Assembly: GCA_038087875.1 (NCBI GenBank) | Contig: CM075992.1 | Location: 3,908,001 to 3,972,000, forward strand | DNA: 64,000 nucleotides | Origin: Malacoraja senta | Taxonomy: Eukaryota | Reading direction: 5' to 3' | Shown here: positions 1 through 41,700 of the stretch, piece after piece | Layout: the number at the start of each line of letters is the position of its first letter | Numbering within the stretch: the first letter of the stretch is position 1 | Made by a program: the position numbers and the translations under genes | The notes under the pieces: model-generated | Database searches by the model: none | Seen by the model: the letters and a program-made list of their open reading frames with translations, nothing else | What the model was told of the DNA's origin: nothing

Positions 1-52
1 TCTATTGTCTATTGATACAATAGAACTTTATTTATTCCAGGAGAGAAATTGG

Positions 53-361
53 GGTGCCAGGCGGAAGAGGGCTCTGCCTGAGTCGGCTGCCTGCCCCTTT
101 TCCGGGGTTACGTCCGTGCCCGGGTGGTGTTAGAGAGGGATACGCGCTGTCCACGGGCGTCCTGGGGGATTTCCGGGACCGCTGGGCACCGCTGGGGAGT
201 GGAATGCATCCTTAATAAGGATGGTGATATAGTTGTATAACAGTTTATTTAGTATTGAAGAATATTTGTTTCACTTGCATTTTGACAGTGGGTCTTGTTT
301 CAATTTATTTTGTACTCTACATATTACTGTAAATAATTAAATTATTTTTGGTTTAAAAAAA
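53..361 (+). mobile_element. 5'-truncated Tx1/L1-clade LINE 3' end
   Basis: Degenerate ORF2 C-terminus (CLPLFRGYVRARV..FRDRWAP), A-rich tail, 12-bp TSD GAGAGAAATTGG at 41-52 and 362-373. Confidence 0.7.
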
Positions 362-1283
362 GAGAGAAATTGGTCATAAAACTCAGCAAGACACATGAAA
401 CATGAAATTAAATTGACGAGTGGAAAGTCCAGGATTGGGGATGTGCAAAGATTGGGGGGGAGTCAGTCTACCCCATGACAGAAGTGTGAGGCGTTGTACA
501 GTTTGATAGCCACAGGGAAAATGGATCTCCTGTGGCGTTCTGTGCTGCATCTTGGTGGAAGAGAGATGGATTAGCCTTATAGAGTTAAAAAAATTGAAAA
601 TAAATTTCCATCTTGGGTCTCGACCCGAAACGTTGCCTTTTTCCTTCGCTCCATAGATGCTGCCTCACCCGCTGAGTTTCTCCAGCATTTTTGTACACCT
701 CCATTAAAACGTAAATATTTTAGGGAGAGACTTAGTTTAGAGATACATTGGGGAAACAGGCCCTTTGGGTTGCCCTACTGGGTTGAGTCAACCGAGTAAC
801 TTGGGACAATGGTACTGCTCTTGAGTCAAACCAGAGGAACCTCTTACTGACACCTGGAAGGAACCTTGACTTGGTGTCTGGAGAAGGTCAACTCTGATGG
901 AGACCATTAGCCTCATTTACTTCAGTTCAGTAGAGGCAGCACAGCGGCAGAGTTGCTGACTCACAGCGCCAGAGACCCGGGTTCCATCCTGACCATGGGT
1001 GCTGTCTGTATGGAATTTGCACGTTCTCCCTGCGCCACCGTGGGTTTTCTCAAGGAGCTCCTGTTTCCTCCCACCCTCCATAGACGTACAGGTTTGTAGA
1101 TTAATTGGCTTTTGCAAATTGTCCCTAGTGTGTGCAGGGTAGGAGGTGATTGCTGGTTGGCGCGGACTACGTGGGCCGAAGGGCCTGTTTCCTCGTGCTA
1201 TCTCTAAATTAAAGTCTAAAAGTGTAGGTGTGGTTTACATTGTAACACTCACATCGAGGTTAACAAACTCCATCTTTTTCCAG

Positions 1284-28649
<27,366 letters not shown>

Positions 28650-28782
28650 GTAAGTAACAGATCTTTGTTTGTGTGTATTACTGTTGCTTGGTTCTGTGGT
28701 CAGCCATGTGAGCATGAGAGGTGAAAGGCAGAATGGCCTCATCCTGTACTGTTCTTTGTTTAGAGTTATATAGTGAGGGTGA

Positions 28783-29320
28783 CTGTGGTTCTTAACCTGG
28801 GGGGTCATTTGGGGCCTTACCGGGGGACATGAAGGGGTCATAAATAACATATCCATTTGTTGAGCCCATGTTTAGGAACCTAAAGCCCCTGTCCCACTGT
28901 ACGAGGTAATTCACGAGTTCTCCCGAGTTTTCCCCTGATTCGAACTCAGAGAATGTCCGTAGCGAGTCAGTAGGAGTTCGTGGATGTCTCGTAGCGGCTC
29001 GTAATGCTAACGGTAGGCACTCAGGACATCCGGTAAACTCGTGACGTTTTTTTCATCCCTGCAAAAAATGTCCACGAGTGAAAGAATACTCATGATGAAA
29101 AAAATTGGTACTTTTTACTCGTACGAGCCACTACGAGACGTCCACGAACTCCTACGGACCTGCTACGGACATTCTCCGAGTTTGTATCAGGGGAAAACTC
29201 GGGAGAACTCTTGAATTACCTCGTACAGTGGGACAGGGGCTCGACAAAGGTACATACGCATACAGTACTTTGTTTGTGTATGTGCGTACGTACTGGTGCC
29301 AAAAAGGTTAAGAACCACTG
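28783..29320. mobile_element. hAT/Charlie-like MITE containing a nested Harbinger-like MITE (28884-29241)
   Basis: Outer TIRs CTGTGGTTCTTAACCT/AGGTTAAGAACCACTG; inner TIRs AGCCCCTGTCCCACTGTACGAGG/CCTCGTACAGTGGGACAGGGGCT. Confidence 0.7.
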
Positions 29321-30528
29321 GATTAACATTTGATTCTGATGAATGAAATCCAAGATAAATCTGAAGGGGGGTCCCGATCGGAAACGTCACCTATCCATGT
29401 TCTCCTGAGGTTCTGCCTGACCCGCTGAGTTACTCCAGCACTTTGTGTCACCATCAGTGTTCGTTTCTCCAGCACACCCACCTTGACTATGTCCCTCACC
29501 TCGTGGCGATCCCTGGAAGCGATGGCGCGACGCACTCTGTGACGCGTCGGGCGACAATTCTGTCAACATGTTGGATGACAGAAGCCAACAGCGAGCTACA
29601 TCGTCTGACAAACGAGCGAACGAACGGACGACACGCAAATCACCCAGTCACTCCATCCCTTCTCAACTCCTCAGCACACAGGCTGTGTCCATATCTCTCC
29701 CCAATACTCAACACACTTGGACACCCTTCTCAATGCTCCATTGTTCACTAGATGTATTCCACAATACCCAGACAATCTATCTGAATCTACGCTGCGTTAC
29801 CCCCAACATTTTGTGTCTACCTTCGATCTATATTTTCTACCTCCTCAATAAAAATCCCCCAAAAAATCAGCCTCACAGTGCCAAGGACCCGGGTGCTGTC
29901 TGTGTGGAGTTTGCACTGTCTCCCCGTGACTCCCAACTCCCAAGGGGGACCCTGGAACCAGGGGCCACAGTTTAAGAATAAGGGGTAAGCCATTTAGAAC
30001 GGAGATGAGGAAACACTTTTTTCACACAGATAGTTGTGAGTCTGTGGAATTCTCTGCCTCAGGGGGCGGTGGAGGCAGGTTCTCTGGATACTTTCAAGAG
30101 AGAGCTGGATAGGGCTCTTAAAAATAGCGGAGTCAGGGGATATGGGGAGAAGGCAGGAACGGGGTACTGATGGGGATGATCAGCCATGATCACATTGAAT
30201 GGCGGTGCTGGCTCGAAGGGCCGAATGGCCTACTCCTGCACCTATTGTCTATTGTCAAAGGCGTGCAGGCTCATAGGTTCATTGGCCTCTTGTGAAGATG
30301 TCCCCGTAGAGTACAGGGGAGTGGACGAGGAAGTGGGACAACATCGAACCACTGTGATCAGGTGACCAACGATCGGCATGGACTCAGCCGGCCGAAGGGC
30401 CTGTTTCTGTGCTGTATCTCTTTAAACAAAGAAGAACACTTTTAATAAAGCAAAGAAAATCGGTAACCTTCCGGATAAAAGTATTAAAAAAAATAAAAAT
30501 AGTACACATGTTTAGTTTAGTTTAGAGA

Positions 30529-30728
30529 NNNNNNNNNNNNNNNNNNNNNNNNNNNNNNNNNNNNNNNNNNNNNNNNNNNNNNNNNNNNNNNNNNNNNNNN
30601 NNNNNNNNNNNNNNNNNNNNNNNNNNNNNNNNNNNNNNNNNNNNNNNNNNNNNNNNNNNNNNNNNNNNNNNNNNNNNNNNNNNNNNNNNNNNNNNNNNNN
30701 NNNNNNNNNNNNNNNNNNNNNNNNNNNN
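30529..30728. other. Assembly gap (200 N)
   Basis: Run of exactly 200 n. Confidence 1.
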
Positions 30729-31339
30729 ACACACGCCCTGAGGAGTGGGGGACAGAAGCCCTGAGGGGGTGGGGGCAGAAACCATGAGGGGGTGGGTAAG
30801 TTGGGTGCCTTGGGAGTGTGGATGGGTAGGATAGGTGGCCTGGGAGGATGGGTGGGTCAGATGCGTGCCCTGACAAGTTGTGTGGGTAAAATGTGTCTGG
30901 GGAGAGAGGATACATCCTAGGGAGGAATGGATGGATGTTTCTCTAGGGGGGGAGTAGAGAGTACTCCAGATGACATAAGATGAGTGCTTGAAAAGTGATA
31001 TTGGCCTCGGCAGGGATGGGTTAGTAAGGTGTGTGTTCCTGGTGTGGGTGGGTAAGACCTCTAGGGGTGGTGCAGTATAATATGTTCTGGAATTCTTTAA
31101 CATTGACTCAGCATCAGATTAAAGAACAAGGAAACCTCTCCTAATCACTCACCTATTGTCTTCAGACAATTGATGGATCAGTGTTTATTCAGTTTGAAGA
31201 TAACATTTGGAAGAAGTAGAATCTGTATCGTTCAGAAAAAAGTGCTGGAGGAATTGAGCAGACCAGGCTGCATTTTGGGGGGGGGAATGGGCAAATGAGT
31301 TGGTTGGGACATTTCTTTACATTAATGGAGTAGCTCCCC

Positions 31340-32258
31340 ACTACTCCATCAGCCTGTCAGCCATCAAATCTTGGATGCAACTCAACTTCCTTAAATTAAA
31401 CAGTAACAAAACAGAATTTCCCCTCATTGGCTCCAGATCAACACTTACCAAAATTAACAACCCCACTCTCACTATTGACGGCACCACTGTCTCCCCATCT
31501 CCTCAGGCCCGCAACCTTGGCATGACCTTTGACTCAACCCTCTCCCTTGAGCCTCACATCCGCCATGTTGTCAAAACATCATTTTTTCACCGCAACATTG
31601 CCAAAATCAGACCCTCTCTCACACCCCCCGCTGCTGAAAGACTCATCCATGCCTTCATCTCCTCCCGACTGGACTACTGTAACTCTCTCCTCTTTGGCAT
31701 TAATTCCAGCAACATCAACCGACTCCAACTGGTCCAGAATGCAGCCGCCCGACTCATCACCCACACCAAATCCTGGCACCACATCACCCCAGTTCTCAAA
31801 GAACTTCACTGGGTTCCCATTTCCCACCGGATCATCTACAAAATCCTGGTCCTCACCTACAAAGCCCTCAACCACTTGGCCCCCCCTTATCTCACTGACC
31901 TCCTCTCCCCCTACCAACCCTCACGGTCCCTCAGATCCACATCAGCCGGTCTCCTCTCCATTCCGAAATCCAACCTCTGCACTTTTGGAAACAGAGCCTT
32001 CTCCAGGGCAGCTCCCAGGCGCTGGAACTCCCTCCCACAATTGATTCAAAATTCTGAGTCCCTCACCATCCTTCAGTCCCCCCTCAAGACCCATCTCTTC
32101 ACCTCTGCATACCCTTAGTCCCATGTCCCCCTCCCCTTTGCATCTCTGTCTTACTGCTCTATTTTGTTTTGTTCTTGACTCTCCATGTGAAGCGACTTTG
32201 TGTCCTTGAAAAGCGCTATACAAATAAAATGTATTATTATTATTATTATTATTATTAT
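31340..32258 (+). mobile_element. L2 LINE 3' fragment
   Basis: ORF 31300..32118 (WMQLNFLKLN, FISSRLDYCNSLL, LQLVQNAAARL); AAGCGCTATACAAATAAA plus (TTA)n tail. Confidence 0.93.
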
Positions 32259-32788
32259 CTCTTGCACAACTGCAGCCTGAACCCATGAGTTCATACAGCA
32301 AACTGTTTTTGGCTCAAGATTCCAGTGTCTGCAGTTTTTGTGTATTCTGGATGCTCATGACCAAAAATAGCTTGATAGCACCACCAATAATTGAGTTGGC
32401 TGAGTTCTGAAGCCACCGCTGATGGGTTTAGTCTGCAGTGAGTAAAACAATGTGAGAAAGATACCTAAATGGCCTTTCCCTTGCCAAACTGCCTAGCTTG
32501 GTCCATGGCAGCAATTTTCCACGGACCAAGCTCTATTTTCACACTGAGGATGCCATTCTGCCCTGTGGTACTATCATAGTGCTGAATGGGATTGGATAGA
32601 TCTGGCGGCCCAATTCTAGGCATCAAGATGACACTGTGGACCATTTGCAACAAAAAATGTATTTCTTCACAATCTGTAATGTCATGACCCATTGCTAAAT
32701 TACAAGCATGCAAGGAGTAGCACCAGGTATACCTAAAAAAATGCGGTGCCAATTAAATAGTAGTGCTGCCGAGGATTCAACGTGTGTT

Positions 32789-35700
32789 ACATACATAGAT
32801 ACATAGAAAATAGGTGCAGGAGTAGGCCATTCGGCCCTTCGAGCCTGCACCGCCATTCAATATGATCATGGCTGATCATCCAACTCAGTATCCCGTACCT
32901 GCCTTCTCTCCATACCCCCTGATCCCTTTAGCCACAAGGGCCACATCTAACTCCCTCTTAAATATAGCCAATGAACTGGCCTCAACTACCCTCTGTGGCA
33001 GAGAGTTCCAGAGATTCACCACTCTCTGTGTGAAAAAGTTTTTCCTCATCTCGGTCTTAAAGGATTACCCCCTTCTCCTTAAGCTGTGACCCCTTGTCCT
33101 GGACTTCCCCAACATCGGGAACAATCTTCCTGCATCTAGCCTGTCCAACCCTATAAGAATTTTGTACGTTTCTATAAGATCCCCTCTCAATCTCCTAAAT
33201 TCTAGCGAGTATAAGCCAAGTCTATCCAGTCTTTCTTCATATGAAAGTCCTGACATCCCAGGAATCAGTCTGGTGAACCTTCTTTGCACTCCCTCTATGG
33301 CTATAATGTCCTTCCTCAGATTTGGAGACCAAAACTGTACGCAATACTCCAGGTGTGGTCTCACCAAGACCCTGTACAACTGCAGTAGAACCTCCCTGCT
33401 CCTATACTCAAATCCTCTTGCTATGAAGTCCAACATACCATTCGCTTTCTTCACTGCCTGCTGCACCTGCATGCCTACTTTCAATGACTGGTGTACCATG
33501 ACACCCAGGTCTCGCTGCATCTCCCCATTTCCTAATCGGCCACCATTTAGATAATAGTCTGCCTTCCCGTTTTTGCCACCAAAGTGGATAACCTCACATT
33601 TATCCACATTATACTGCATCTGCCAAACATTTGCCCACTCACCCAGCCTATCCAAGTCACCTTGCAGTCTCCAAGCATCCTCCTCACAGCTAACACTGCC
33701 CCCCAGCTTAGTGTCATCCGCAAACTTGGAGATGTTGCTTTCAATTCCCTCGTCCAGATCATTAATATAAATTGTAAATAGCTGGGGTCCCAGCACTGAG
33801 CCTTGCGGTACCCCACTAGTCACTGCCTGCCATTGTGAAAAGGACCCGTTTACTCCTACTCTTTGCTTCCTGTTTGCCAGCCAGTTCTCTATCCACATCA
33901 ATACTGAACCCCCAATACCGTGTGATTTAAGTTTGTATCCTAATCTCTTATGTGGTACCTTGTTGAAAGCCTTCTGAAAGTCCAGATACAACACATCCAC
34001 TGGTTCTCCCCTATCCACTCTACTAGTTACATCCTCGAAAAATTCTATAAGATTCGTCAGACACGATTTACCTTTCGTAAATCCATGCTGACTTTGTCCA
34101 ATGATTTCACCACTTTCCAAATGTGCTGCTATCCCATCTTTAATAACTGACTAGCAGTTTCCCCTCTACCGATGTTAGACTAACTGGTCTGTAATTCCCC
34201 GTTTTCTCTCTCCCTCCCTTCTTAAAAAGTGGGGTTACGTTTGCTACCCTCCAATCCTCAGGAACTACTCCAGAATCTAAAGAGTTTTGAAAAATTATCA
34301 CTAATGCATCCACTATTTCTGGAGCTACTTCCTTAAGTACTCTGGGATGCAGCCTATCTGGCCCTGGTGATTTATCGGCCTTTAATGCATTCAATTTACC
34401 CAACACCACTTCCCGACTAACCTGGATTTCACTCAGTTCCTCCATCTCATTTGACCCGCGGCCCCCTGCTATTTCCGGCAGATTATTTATGTCTTCCTTA
34501 GTGAAGACGGAACCAAAGTAGTTATTCAATTGGTCCGCCATATCCTTGTTCCCCATGATCAATTCACCTGTTTCTGACTGCAAGGGACCTACATTTGTTT
34601 TAACTAATCTCTTTCTCTTCACATATCTATAAAAACATTTGCAGTCAGTTTTTATGTTCCCTGCCAGTTTCCTTTCATAATCTATTTCCCTTTCCTAATT
34701 AAGCCCTTTGTCCTCCTCTGCTGGTCTCTGAATTTCTCCCAGTCCTCTGGTATGCTGCTTTTTCTGGCTAATTTGTACGCATCATCTTTTGCTTTGATAC
34801 TATCCCTGATTTCCCTTGTTATCCACGGATGCACTACCTTCCTTGATTTATTCTTTTGCCAAACTGGGATGAAAATTTTTTGTAGTTCATCCATGCAGTC
34901 TTTAAATGCCTTCCATTGCATATCCACCGTTAACCCTTTTAGAACTAATTGCCAGTCAATCTTGGCCAATTCACGTCTCATACCCTCAAAGTTACCTTTC
35001 TTTAAGTTCAGAACCGTTGTTTCTGAATTAACAATGTCACTCTCCATCCTAATGAAGAACTCAACCATATTATGGTCACTTTTGCCCAAGGGGGCACGCA
35101 CAACAAGACTGCTAACTAACCCTTCCTCATTACTCAATACCCAGTCTAGAATAGCCTGCTCTCTCGTTGGTTCCTCTACATGTTGGTTTAGATAACTATC
35201 CCTCATACATTCCAAGAAATCCTCTTCCTCAGCACCCCTGCCAATTTGATTCACCCAATCTATATGTAGATTGAAGTCACCCATTATAACTGTTTTGCCT
35301 TTGTTGCACGCATTTCTAATTTCCTGTTTGATGCCATCCCCAACTTCACTACTACTGCTAGGTGGCCTGTCCCTTAGTGTTTCGCAGCTCTACCCATACC
35401 GATTCCACATCCTCCAAGCTAATGTCCTTCCTTTCCACTGCGTTAATCTCCTCTCTAACCAGCAACGCTACCCCACCTCCTTTTCCTTTCTCTCTATCCC
35501 TCCTGAATATTGAATATCCCTGGATGTTCAGCTCCCAGCCTTGGTCACCCTGGAGCCATGTCTCCGTGATCCCAACTATATCATAATCATTAATTGCTAT
35601 CTGCACGTTCAACTCATCCACCTTATTACGAATGCTCCTTGCATTGAGACACAAAGCCTTCAGGCTTGTTTTTACAACGCTCTTACCCCTTATACAATTA

Positions 35701-36509
35701 TGTTGAAAAGTGGCTCTTTTTGATTTTTGCCCTGGATTTGTCTGCCTGCCACTTTTACTTTTCACCTTGCTACCTATTGCTTCCGCCCGCATTTTACACC
35801 CCTCTGTTTCTCTGCTCACCCATTTAAGAACCCCACCACCTCTTATTCTCTGTTTATTATTGTTTTCTTCTTTCCCCCCTACATGTTGGGTCTGAGTGCT
35901 TTCCTTCTCTGCCTCCTGCCTCACACACTGTCTAATAGCATTCTCTATTTGAGTCCCTCCCCCCAACCATTCTAGTTTAAAGTCTCCCCAGTAGCCTTTG
36001 CAGATCTCCCCGCCAGGATATCGGTCCGCCTCAGGTTCAAGTGCAACCCATCCTTTTTGTACAGGTTGAACCTTCCACAAAAGAGGTCCCAATGATCCAG
36101 AAATTTGAATCCCTGCCTTCTGCACCAGTCCTTCAGCCACGCATTTATCCTCCACCTCGCTCCATTCCTACTCTCACTGTCGCGTGGCACAGGCAGTAAT
36201 CCCGAGATTGTTACCTTTGCTGTCCTTCTCTTTAACTCCCCTCCTAACTCCCTAAATTCTCCTTTCAGGACCTCTTCTCTTTTTTTACCTATGTCATTGG
36301 TACCTATATGTACCACGACCTCGGGCTCCTCTCCCTGCCCTTTCAGGATATCTTGGACACGTTGAGACACATCACAGACCCTGGCAGCAGGGAGGCAAAC
36401 TACCATCCGGGTCTCCCGACTGCGTCCACAGAATCGCCTGTCTGACCCCCTAACTATAGAGTCCCCTATTAGTATTGCCCTCCTCTTCTTTTCCTTACCC
36501 TTCTGAGCA
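32789..36509 (-). mobile_element. Near full-length CR1 LINE, disrupted (ORF1 SGNH esterase; ORF2 endonuclease-RT)
   Basis: ORF1 35972..36580 (GDSIVR, HIGTND, DGLHL); ORF2 pieces 35358.., 34682..35284, 34140..34622, 33065..34120 (NARSI, GDFN, GVPQGS, FADD); frameshifts and stops. Confidence 0.95.
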
Positions 36510-38319
36510 AGGAATGGGTGACGTTTTGGTTTGAGACCCTTCTTCAGACCCAGTACAGTTACTGTTATCTGATGCACCATCTACAAGGAACTTGTCAGAA
36601 GTGTTATGCAATACTCTCCACTTGTCCAGCCCGGCTAATTACAGCTCAAACGCCACAATCATCAGCAAAGTGGTGGAGATATTATAGTGTATTCAATGGT
36701 ATATACTCTCCAGTGCCCATTTGGGTTTTTGCCAGGCCCATTTGACTCCAGGCCTCATCACAGCCTCTGTTGTGTGGATAACACACTGAATTCCAAGGTG
36801 AGGTATGAGTAATTGTCCTCGACATCAAAGACACATTTGACCAAATGCAGCATTGGGGTGTGGGAAAGCTCCAATGATTGCAATGAAATCTTGTACAAAT
36901 TAAGGTGGTTGTGTTATGGAAGGGCAAACATCCATTAGGTGCAGTACATCAAGTTGGAAGAATTACTAGAACTGAGTGTTTGGATTGCTAGATAATAGGA
37001 CAGGCACCGATTAAAGGCCACGTGTTACGAGGGGAGTAGTTGATGGAGATTTATAGTGAACCGGGAAATCTTTGCAGGAGGTCCCCAGGGCAGTGTCTTG
37101 GGTCCAATCATCTTCATCATTCAATTATGTTCTTTCCATCATAAGGTCAGAAGTAGGATATCTGATTCTGTTTGCAGTACTGAAGTTGGAGCAGTTCATA
37201 TGAGCAGTGAGAGACCACGACAAAGGCTCAAAGTGGCAAGTAATGTTCATGGAGTCAACCAATGATGGTCTTCACCAATTCCGTACAGACAGCACCCGTG
37301 GTCAGGATCGAACCCAGGTCTCTGGCGCTATAAGGCAGCAACTCTACTGCTGCGCCGCCGTGCTGCCCATAGTAATGCGAGTGAACAACGTTAGCTGCAG
37401 ATTTTGCCCCACCCACATCCTAATTTGGAAGTATATATTGCTATTCTTTTATTGTTGCTAGGTTGAAATCTTGAAACTCCCCAGTCAACAACACTGTGAG
37501 TACTTTGACCAGAAATACTGCAGTAGAATAAGAAGGTAGCGTGCATCTCGAGAGCAGTTGAGAAGTGCCAATAAATGCTGTCCTTGCTAATGTTTCATCA
37601 AAAAGACGGCTTTCCTGATACTGAATGTAAGCCCAGATTTTGTTGCAGGATTCCCTGAAGTCTAACCAACATATGTTTTATTACTGCAAGTGCTAAACCT
37701 GCGAAACAAGCCAGATATCACCTGACAGGCAAAAAAACACTGCAGATTTAGAGCACAGGAGGAGAGTCTGTAGCCCATCATTGTCTGTGCCAGATCTTTG
37801 TTAAAATACACTAATTAATTACATAGCAAGCACTCATCTCCTTTATGCGATACCTTTAAGGTCATCTGGAATAAATGCAGCATCTGCAGAGAGAAAAAAA
37901 TTGCGCCAATATCATAGGTTGATGACCTTTCATCAGACCTATCCAATTGACCTGAAATAGTTGAATTTTGTGTTGAGGGTTGTGCCTAGTCAGGACAGAC
38001 ACAAACTCCTGGAGTAACTCAGCGGGTCTGTCAGCATATCTGGATAAAGAGAATGGGATGGGGGGGGGGGGTGTGGGGGTAGAAACTGAAGGTGAGAGAA
38101 GGTCAGAAGAAATGTCTGATTTGCTCTGGCCTTTTCTTGCCTACAGTCCGCCCCCTCCTCCTACTTCCAGTCTGAAGAAAGGTTCCAACCTGAAACGTCA
38201 GCTGTTCTTTTTCTCCAGAGATGCTGCCTGATCTACTGTGTTATTCCAGCATCTGCAGTTCCTTCCTACACACATAGTCAGGACTTGCTGCTTCTAGACT
38301 GTAGACTTAATTGGAAAAG

Positions 38320-38700
38320 TATAAGAGGGCACAGTTGCCTGCCTGCTGCTCGCTCGCTCTGCTCCTGCAACTGGAAACACGCCACGTGGCGCCAGCTCGT
38401 TGGATAACCTGGCGTAAACCGTGGGGGGGGGCGGTATAACGGGAACCTCGCGCCATAATCAGCCGATTGAGACACGTGTTGACAGTGCGACAAAGGTGCA
38501 ATGGCGCATGCTGCGTCTGCATCCAACCCGGTACCTCGCTTTGTGGTAGCCGTTGCAAAACAGTGCCGAATGCAACAGTCTTCAAGTGTTTATTGCTCGC
38601 TTTCTCGCTGTCTAACGCAGTGCTATGTGCCAACCGCCACCACGAACGGAAAAGAAATCCGTAAAAGCGAGGATAGACTGTACGTCAAGAGTGTGAAATT
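38320..38700. promoter_or_regulatory. CpG-enriched non-repetitive segment, candidate promoter or enhancer
   Basis: Locally many CpGs outside recognisable repeats; palindromic E-box GCCACGTGGC, GC box GGGCGG, second CACGTG, TATAAG. Confidence 0.4.
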
Positions 38701-41700
38701 GACTGTGTGAAGTGAGAGCAGGTTTGAAATTGGCACCAAAGGTGATGACCTTCAAGGTTTATGCAACCATCACCATTACAGTTATGAATATATTTATTTT
38801 AAAAAAGAGTTCAGATGGGGCACAAGTTATGGGGAGAAGAAGGAAGTTGTTTGTAATTGGTGAAGTTTAAAATTGGAGAATTCAATGTGCATACTGTTGA
38901 GTAGTAAGCAACCGAGGCGGCATATGAGGTGCATTAAGGCCTTACCCTGGCAATGGAGAATGCTCAGGACAGAAAGATTTGTACGTGCCCCAGATATGGA
39001 GGGAATACAATGAAAATTTCCCATTAATAGCCCATTGCACTTTTAATTGCTGTTCTGTTTAGATATTAAGACAGAGAACCAGACAAGTAATGTATCTTGA
39101 ATAAATGTAACGTCTTGGTGTCCTCATCCCTTATGATAGATGATTCCACATGTACATCTCCCTCAGATGAAGACATTTCATTTTGATCTAAACCAATCTA
39201 CTGAATATTTTCCGTTTTCTGTCTTCGTGCAGTTACATCTTTTAATGAATTATTCTAAACCTTTTCAAACTAATGTTTGGATTACAGACGCGTAATTCCT
39301 TGTTTTCCCTCTTTTTTTAAATAATTGGTTACATTTGGTACCCTCCAATCTGTAAAAAAGCACTCAAGTCTAAAATATTTTAAAAGATGACCAGCAATAT
39401 TTTTATTATTTTCTTCCTCTAATATTCTAAGATCTACAGGTCTCCGAGATCAGGATTCGCACTTGAAGGCCATTTACATTTACAACTACAGGCACTGGGA
39501 GAAAGACATGGGTTCATTTTCTCTCATTGGATCCTGCAGAACAGTGTCATTAAAATGATGCTCAAGTATCATGTTGTATAATCCACTAAATGAATGAAAA
39601 TAAGGCTAGTTTCCTAAAAGCATTCCAGGGCACAGTGGTGCAGCGGTAGAGCTGCTGCCTTACAGCGCCAGAGTCCCAAGTTCGTTCTTGACTACAGGTG
39701 ATGTCTGTACAGATTTTGTATGTTCTCTCTGTGATTGTGTCGGTGTTCCTCTGGGTGCTCCGGTTTCCTCCAACACTCCAAAGACATACAGGTTTATGAG
39801 TTAACTGGCTTTGGTAAAATTGTCCCTAATGTGTAGGATAGTGCTAGTGTAGTTGATCGCTAGTTGGTGAGGACTTGGTGACCTGAAGGGCCATTTCTCT
39901 GAACTAAATATTCCCTAACTAAAGGTAAGGGCAAATGTGTAAATTATGACGGTGGGAATACCATTTTTTTTCTTCCAACAACCAAAAGAGAGCTACATCT
40001 CTTGCATTGTGTAACATTTATTTCTGCTTTTAGTTTCAAATATTATTGGCAGTGCTTCTTGACTGAAGTATATTGCTGGTATTAAATATTGTAATGAAAA
40101 GTGTACAAAGTGTACAAAGTGTCCCGGGATTTGATGTTGGGGATTTCCAATGAAATGTTATCTTAGATGAGGAATTGGTCTGTCAAAAATGTTGTGATCT
40201 TAGTCATTAATGATTTTGACACCAAGTTAAAGTCATCAAAAGCCAATTGCGTATGGGTGGAGGTCTTGGATATTTCAATGAACATCCCAAAGTGCAGCTG
40301 CTGCAAATCTAAAACGACAACGGAAAAATGATGAAACAACTCGGTAGGTCAGGCGGCATCTGTGAGAAGGGAAACAGAATTAAAGTGTAGAAAGGAACTA
40401 CAGATGCTGGTATATACCGAAGGTAAACACAAAATGCTGGGTTAAATCAGCGGGTCAGGCAACATCTCGAGACAAAGGATGGGTGACATTTTGGGTCGGG
40501 GCTGAGACTGAAGAAGGGTCCCGACCTGAAATGTCACCCATCCTTTTCATCCAGAGATGTTGCCTGGCCCGCTGAGCTACTCCAGCATTTTGTGTGTATC
40601 TACAGAATTAATGTTTCAGGCCATGACCGTTCGAAGAGCTTTCAACCTGAAATGTTAATTCTATTTCTCTTCCCCCAGGCATGCACTGACCTGACTATTT
40701 CCACCATTTTTGTTTATGTCTTGGATCATTTGTGTTTGCATCTGAAGAAATGCGCCCATTGAAAATTGCCTTGAATATTTAATTTAATAGTTGTGGCTTT
40801 TCAGTTATTGAACCAGATATTTTAAAATTAGAAAGTTTATGTATTGGATACTTAGAGCTTCATATTCTCCTACTCCTGGTTCATGGAGTGTTGCGAGCAC
40901 GTCGTTTGTCAGCGAGTAGCTTCATTTGGTGCACTGGCATCTTTCATACTGGTTAGCTGTTTGGATGTCTCCAGTCAATTACCAAAGCATAATTCCCCAG
41001 AGGAATAATGACTGCATCTTCTTTGCACAGCCCCTACATATACTTTTAATATTGCATTACATGAATAAAAAATGGAGCAGTGCCTTTATGTTCAAAGAGT
41101 GTTTTGAATGGGCTTACGAATCTGCCAAATTTCATGGATAACAAGGAATAGTGTGGCGTTATCTGTAAGTCTACATTGTCTGTTAAAACATTCTATATAT
41201 AACTTTAATTCCTTTAGACTTTAGAGATGCAGCGCGGAAACAGGTCCTTTGGCCCATTGAGTCCGCGCCGACCAGCAATCACCCAGTACACCAACATTAT
41301 CCTACATTTTATAATTTTACCGAAGCCAATTAACCAACAAACCTGCATGTCTTCGGAATGTGAGAGGAAACCGGAGCACCCGGAGAAAACCCACCTGGTC
41401 ACAGGAAGAACGTACAAACACCATACAGACAGCCGCTATAGTCAGGATCGAAGCTGGGTCTCTGGCGCTGTAAGGCAGCAACTCTACTGCTACGTTACTG
41501 TGCTGCCCTTTAATTTATTTAAATAATTTTTTGAAGACAAACGTGATGATTTATAGAACCAGTTCCATTGTGTAGCAAACCTTCTAATAATGAACCATAA
41601 ATAGCAACTTGAAAGCTAGAATAATAGCCGAAAATGCAACATATACTCAGCGGGTCACGCCTCATCTGTGGAAATAGAAACAGAGTTAATGATTTGTGTT

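Noticed and set aside
770..915. Two TGAGTCA (AP-1) motifs and AGAGGAA in a VAV1 intron
   Set aside because: Short motifs expected by chance; no further support.
39495..39520. WEKDMG peptide resembling PIN1 exon 1
   Set aside because: No upstream LPxG motif or start context and no suitable donor.
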